Shown here in pieces: positions 60,001 to 64,000 of a stretch of DNA of 64,000 nucleotides. The notes beneath the pieces were generated by a model, which saw nothing but the letters and a program-made list of their open reading frames with translations, was not told where the DNA came from and did no database searches. The position numbers and the translations under genes were made by a program. Every line of letters starts with the position of its first letter. Positions within the stretch are counted from its first letter, which is position 1. This DNA comes from Eledone cirrhosa (lineage: Eukaryota), in NCBI GenBank assembly GCA_964016885.1, contig OZ024742.1:15810001-15874000 (forward strand). The letters run 5' to 3'.

Positions 60001-61712
60001 TTTAGGTTTGGATTTGTGTGAGATATTGTTTAGTTAACAGTAGAGACTTTAGGTTTGGATTTGTGTGAGATATTGTTTAGTATACAGTAGAGACGTTAGG
60101 TTTGGATTTGTGTGAGATATTGTTTAGTATACAGTAGAGACTTTAGGTTTGGATTTGTGTGAGATATTGTTTAGTACACAGTAGAGACTTTATGTTTGGA
60201 TTTGTGTGAGATATTGTTTAGTATACAGTAGAGACTTTAGGTTTGGATTTGTGTGAGATATTGTTTAGTATATAGTAGAGACTTTAGGTTTGGATTTGTG
60301 TGAGATATTGTTTAGTATACAGTAGAGACTTTAGGTTTCGATTTGTGTGAGATATTGTTTAGTATACAGTAGAGACTTTATGTTTGGATTTGTGTGAGAT
60401 ATTGTTTAGTATACAGTAGAGACTTTAGGTTTGTATTTGTGTGTCATATCGTTTAGTACACAGTAGAGGCTTTAGGTTTGGATTTGTGTGAGATATTTTT
60501 TAGTATACAGTAGAGACTTTAGGTTTGGATTTGTGTGAGATACTTTTTAGTATACAGTAGAGACTCTATTTTTGGAATTGTGTGAGATATTGTTTAGTAT
60601 ACAGTAGAGACTTTAGGTTTCGATTTGTGTGAGATATTGTTTAGTATACAGTAGAGACTTTAGGTTTGGATTTGTGTGAGATATTGTTTAGTATACAGTA
60701 GAGACTTTAGGTTTGGATTTGTGTGATATATTGTTTAGTACACAGTAGAGACTTTAGGTTTGGATTTGTGTGAGATATTGTTTAGTATACAGTAGAGACT
60801 TTAGGTTTGGATTTGTGTGAGATATTGTTTAGTATATAGTAGAGACTTTAGGTTTGGATTTGTGTGAGATATTGTTTAGTATACAGTAGAGACTTTAGGT
60901 TTCGATTTGTGTGAGATATTGTTTAGTATACAGTAGAGACTTTAGGTTTGGATTTGTGTGAGATATTGTTTAGTATACAGTAGAGACTTTATGTTTGGAT
61001 TTGTGTGAGATATTGTTTAGTATACAGTAGAGACTTTAGGTTTGTATTTGTGTGTCATATTGTTTAGTACACAGTAGAGGCTTTAGGTTTGGATTTGTGT
61101 GAGATATTGTTTAGTATACAGTAGAGACTTTAGGTTTGGATTTGTGTGAGATATTTTTTAGTATACAGTAGAGACTCTATTTTTGGAATTGTGTGAGATA
61201 TTGTTTAGTACACAGTAGAGACTTTAGGTTTCGATTTGTGTGTGATATTGTTCAGTATACAGTAGAAACTTTAGGTTTGGATTTGTGTGAGATATTGTTT
61301 AGTACACAATAGAGACTTTAGGTCTGGATTTGTGTGAGATATTGTTTAGTACACAGTATAAGACTTTAGGTTTGGATTTGTGTGAGATATTGTTTAGTAT
61401 ACAGCAGAGACTTTAGGTTTGGATTTGTGTGACATATTGTTTGGTATACAGTAGAGACTTTAGGTTTGGATTTGTGTGAGATATTGTTTAGTACACAGTA
61501 GCGACTTTAGGTTTGGATTTGTGTGAGATATTGTTTAGTATATAGTAGAGACTTTAGGTTTGGATTTGTGTGAGATATTGTTTAGTATACAGTAGAGACT
61601 TTAGGTTTGGATTTGTTTGGGATATTGTTTAGTATACAGTAGAGACTTTAGGTTTGGATTTGTGTAAGATATTGTTTAGTATACAGTAGAGACTTTATGT
61701 TTGGATTTGTGT
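1..61712 (+). repeat. 47-bp tandem satellite DNA array, about 1,310 head-to-tail monomers, truncated by the left window edge
   Basis: Unit GAGATATTGTTTAGTATACAGTAGAGACTTTAGGTTTGGATTTGTGT recurs at 1, 48, 95 and so on, without spacers or strand switches, until ...TTGGATTTGTGT at 61712. Most monomers have 0-2 substitutions and indels are rare. Consensus composition is 20 T, 13 G, 12 A, 2 C. Confidence 0.99.
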
Positions 61713-61810
61713 AGTTTAAATATTAATATTGGATTTTATAATTGTTAATCAATGTTTAGAATAAACAAACAACCTTACGTGGACTTATGCCCCGCAGGGA
61801 ATCTTTCTAG
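61713..61810 (+). mobile_element. Putative Helitron 3' terminal segment (subterminal GC hairpin + CTAG, followed by host T)
   Basis: ATGCCC-CGCA-GGGAAT (61787-61802) forms a short stem-loop with one G.A mismatch, then CTTT, CTAG at 61807-61810 and T at 61811. Helitrons characteristically end in a hairpin plus CTRR and insert between A and T. The hairpin is short and no database check was possible. Confidence 0.65.
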
Positions 61811-62381
61811 TTTTAAATCCATGGTCATTTTTGACCGAAGGGGGGAGGGGTCTTTTTATGTATATTTACACACACTGTATCACACTGAGTTTAAATGAGA
61901 ATTACGCCAATGTACACGTGTCTGTGGAATGTTCGGTCATTTGTATGTTAATTTCATAAGCAGTTCTTTTGACTGAACAACTGGAACATTCATTGTCGAA
62001 ACCAACTGAAGTCCATTTCATTCCACACATCTCAATAGATAAAACTACTTGATATTTTAAAAATTATTTTCTAATCATGTATTTCATTGTCTTCACTCTA
62101 AAGTGTTTTACACACACACGTTTAACTTCTTCCAGATAATCATATCTTCAACAATGCACACCACATCTGGCATGGTTCCCCGTTTTCTATAAATTATTCA
62201 TGTTTAACAATTAAAATTAAATGCCAAGGAATCCATATTTATTTAATTCCATGCTAAACTACCTCATTCAAAAGCCCACATTCGTCAACCATTTTGAATT
62301 TTAAATTTAATTTCGAATTTAAATATTCAAATATTTCTAGAATTTTACAATTACTTTTTAATAAACACAATACTCTGAAAC

Positions 62382-62436
62382 GACAACACCAGCAACAACA
62401 ACGGCAACAGCAACAATACTAAAAACAGCAACAAAC
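62382..62436 (+). repeat. Degenerate (CAA/CAG)n microsatellite
   Basis: gacaacaccagcaacaacaacggcaacagcaacaatactaaaaacagcaacaaac. Confidence 0.8.
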
Positions 62437-62617
62437 ATCTAAGAATTATCACATGAAGAAACTATTCAATACTCATTGAACGTTCTCTTTAGGAAATGGA
62501 AAAGAACCGTTCATCAAATAGGATCAAATTAATTATCTTTCCACCGGCCTTTCTGTTACTGACACCATCTGACATGTGTGGTTCCTAGCAGAAAGGTTAC
62601 CAATTTTCCGGTAACAG

Positions 62618-62672
62618 AAGGCGGTGTTTAAATTCAGAACGTACAGAGCTGGAAAAGATACTGTAGAGAATC
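62618..62672 (-). mobile_element. Second, more degraded SINE head fragment
   Basis: TTTAAATTCAGAACGTACAGAGCTGGAAAAGATAC (from 62627) parallels TTTGAATTCAGAGTTCAGAGAGCAAGAATAAAAC (from 62775), the tRNA-like head portion of the neighbouring SINE copy. Confidence 0.45.
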
Positions 62673-62685
62673 TCGTTGAACATTA

Positions 62686-62810
62686 TCAATCTCATCAATC
62701 AGTTCACTGCCTCACGACTGGTACTTTACTTATCGACCCCGAAAGGATGAAAGGCAAAGTTAACCACGACAGGATTTGAATTCAGAGTTCAGAGAGCAAG
62801 AATAAAACTC
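62686..62810 (-). mobile_element. Decayed tRNA-derived SINE fragment (octopod-type, B-box region plus conserved core)
   Basis: The minus strand reads ...GAATTCAAATCCTGTCGTGGTTAACTTTGCCTTTCATCCTTTCGGGGTCGATAAGTAAAGTACCAGT..., i.e. a B-box-like ATTCAAATCC followed by a GCCTTTCATCCTTTCGGGGTCGATAA core. I recognise this core from memory as an abundant Octopus SINE. Boundaries are approximate. Confidence 0.75.
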
Positions 62811-62994
62811 TACCAAATCACCACATATCTATATATTAATTTCAACAATGTCAGTATTTCGTGTGTCATAATTCTCGACTCCGTCCACCTCAACGACGCC
62901 AAACTTAAATTTATATGCATAATGTCAATGAGGGAGTGAGAGAGGAGAGTAAGAAACAGAGAGGCAAAGTGAACGCTGTGTTGGATACACTATG

Positions 62995-63265
62995 TATATG
63001 CGTCAGTGTAGAGACGTGTGTATGTGATGTGTGTGGAAATAAGAGGGGAAGGAAAGCAATAACTATTAACATGTGTGCGTGTGTATGTACGTGCGTGTAT
63101 GTTTATGTGTGTGCGTGCGTGCAGCGTTCTACAGAAAGTAAAAACTATCAACATGTGTGAGTGTGTGCGTGTGTAAGTTTGCGTGCGTGTGCGCGTTTCC
63201 ATGCATGTATGTGTGTGGCGTTCCACAATCGCCACTCAGTTCATCTGTATGTGTGCCTATCTGTC
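62995..63265 (+). repeat. Degenerate (TG)n/(TGCG)n low-complexity tract in the Helitron 5' region
   Basis: Runs such as tgtgtgcgtgtgtatgtacgtgcgtgtatgtttatgtgtgtgcgtgcgtgc and gtgtgagtgtgtgcgtgtgtaagtttgcgtgcgtgtgcgcg. Confidence 0.85.
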
Positions 63266-63371
63266 AGTCTAACATACACAGAGTTGTGAAGGGAGTAAAT
63301 AGGGACCTTTCTTTACAATGACGGACATCTTTTATATTTATTATTGTGTCATTTTTTGACAATTGCTCGAA

Positions 63372-64000
63372 ATGAATATTGATAATAAAAGCAATTGGAC
63401 TTTATCAAACAGTGAACTACAGCGGCGACGGCGTGCAGCCAGCAATGAAGAAAAACGGGCCGAACAGCGCTATCGGAACGCCGAACTTCAGAAACGAAGA
63501 CGTGCCGCCATGAATGAAGAGGAGCTGGCTGAACAACGCCAACGAAACACTGGAGCCAAGCAGCAACGGCGTGCTGCGATGGTTGAAGACGAACTGACTG
63601 AGCATCATCAGCAGATGGCCAGAATTCAGCAGCAACGGCGTGCTGCGATGGATGAAGAGGAGCTGGCTGAACAACGCCAGCGGAATACAGAAGTTCAGAG
63701 ACTGTGTCGCCAAAGTGCTCCTCATTCCAGTAAAGAGGCTAGAAGGCGAACGGATGATATTAAAAATGGATCATTGCAACCGTGTCATTTTCAGATTGGT
63801 GGACGTGCAGAGTGTCCACATTGTGGAGCATTGCTTTGGAGGCATGAAAAGACGTGAACCACAATGTGCTGTCGTAAAGGAGCAGTTCAACTAGAACCCT
63901 TGCGAATGCCGGATGATGAGGAGTCACCGGAGTTTAAAATACTAAGTATATGGGGTGATCAAGGAGACCGAGGTAGATTACTGCGCAAATATTCGCGGCA
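63372..64000 (+). pseudogene. Helitron RepHel-like protein N-terminus (STPR-like repeats + zinc-finger motif) with an in-frame stop at 63855-63857; partial
   Basis: ATG at 63372. Translation: ...GRAECPHCGALLWRHEKT*TTMCCRKGAVQLEPLRMPDDEESPEFKILSIWGDQGDRGRLLRKYSR. The CxHCxAxxWxxE...CCxxGxVxLxPL pattern is the usual Helitron N-terminal zinc-finger-like motif and stays in frame across the TGA. The frame is open from there to the window end. Rep and helicase domains lie outside the window. Confidence 0.8.
63405..63713 (+). repeat. Coding 69-bp (23-aa) tandem repeat, about 4.5 units, STPR-like
   Basis: SNSELQRRRRAASNEEKRAEQRY / RNAELQKRRRAAMNEEELAEQRQ / RNTGAKQQRRAAMVEDELTEHHQ / QMARIQQQRRAAMDEEELAEQRQ / RNTEVQRLCRQ. 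ATGAAGAGGAGCTGGCTGAACAACGCCA occurs twice, 138 bp apart. Confidence 0.85.

Larger units (their letters stand above)
62828..64000 (+). mobile_element. 5' part of an autonomous-type Helitron (rolling-circle transposon), truncated by the right window edge
   Basis: Starts A|TCTATATATTAATTTC (A62827, TC 62828-62829), a typical Helitron 5' end. It is followed about 540 bp later by a RepHel-like N-terminal reading frame on the same strand. Confidence 0.75.

Noticed and set aside
1-61712. CRISPR array
   Set aside because: Units are contiguous with no unique spacers, no cas genes are present, and the context is eukaryotic.
1-61712. True telomeric repeat tract
   Set aside because: TTAGG/TTAGGG occurs once per 47-bp unit, not as tandem short repeats.
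1-61712. Repetitive protein-coding sequence
   Set aside because: 47 is not a multiple of 3, and units contain TAG/TGA on the plus strand and TAA on the minus strand, so all frames close quickly. The ORF track shows nothing here.
62293-62340. Imperfect AT-rich inverted repeat followed by CTAG as another Helitron 3' end
   Set aside because: The stem is almost all A/T low-complexity sequence and CTAG is followed by A, not T.
62596-62615. GTTACC-N8-GGTAAC hairpin
   Set aside because: A 6-bp stem is expected by chance and has no supporting context.
62760-62810. tRNA gene
   Set aside because: Only a degenerate B-box-like motif is present with no cloverleaf, and it is explained by the SINE head.
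62915-63160. 81-aa plus-strand ORF
   Set aside because: The C/V-rich translation is a by-product of the TG microsatellite.
62990-63235. 81-aa minus-strand ORF
   Set aside because: The H/T/R-rich translation is a by-product of the CA repeat.
63417-63725. 102-aa minus-strand ORF
   Set aside because: Antisense shadow of the 69-bp coding repeat.
63640-63894. 84-aa plus-strand ORF in an alternative frame
   Set aside because: It overlaps the Helitron frame and has no recognisable motif. The conserved CC motif continues in the original frame, so no frameshift is needed.

Overview
Eukaryotic, AT-rich DNA, probably molluscan/octopod; this is inferred only from a SINE fragment recognised from memory. 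Bases 1-61712 are one uninterrupted head-to-tail array of a 47-bp satellite (consensus GAGATATTGTTTAGTATACAGTAGAGACTTTAGGTTTGGATTTGTGT, about 1,310 copies, continuing off the left edge). The array shows nested higher-order duplications, spatially restricted variant domains and a degenerate right edge. About 95 bp after the array is a short GC hairpin followed by CTAG|T, the typical 3' terminus of a Helitron, which suggests the satellite expanded inside a Helitron. About 1 kb of host DNA follows, with a CAA microsatellite and decayed tRNA-SINE fragments. A second, co-oriented Helitron then begins at A|TCTATATATT (62828). It has a TG-rich 5' region and the N-terminus of a RepHel-like protein with 23-aa STPR-like repeats and a CxxC...CC zinc-finger motif, interrupted by one in-frame TGA and running off the right edge. 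No CRISPR array, rRNA or intact tRNA is seen.
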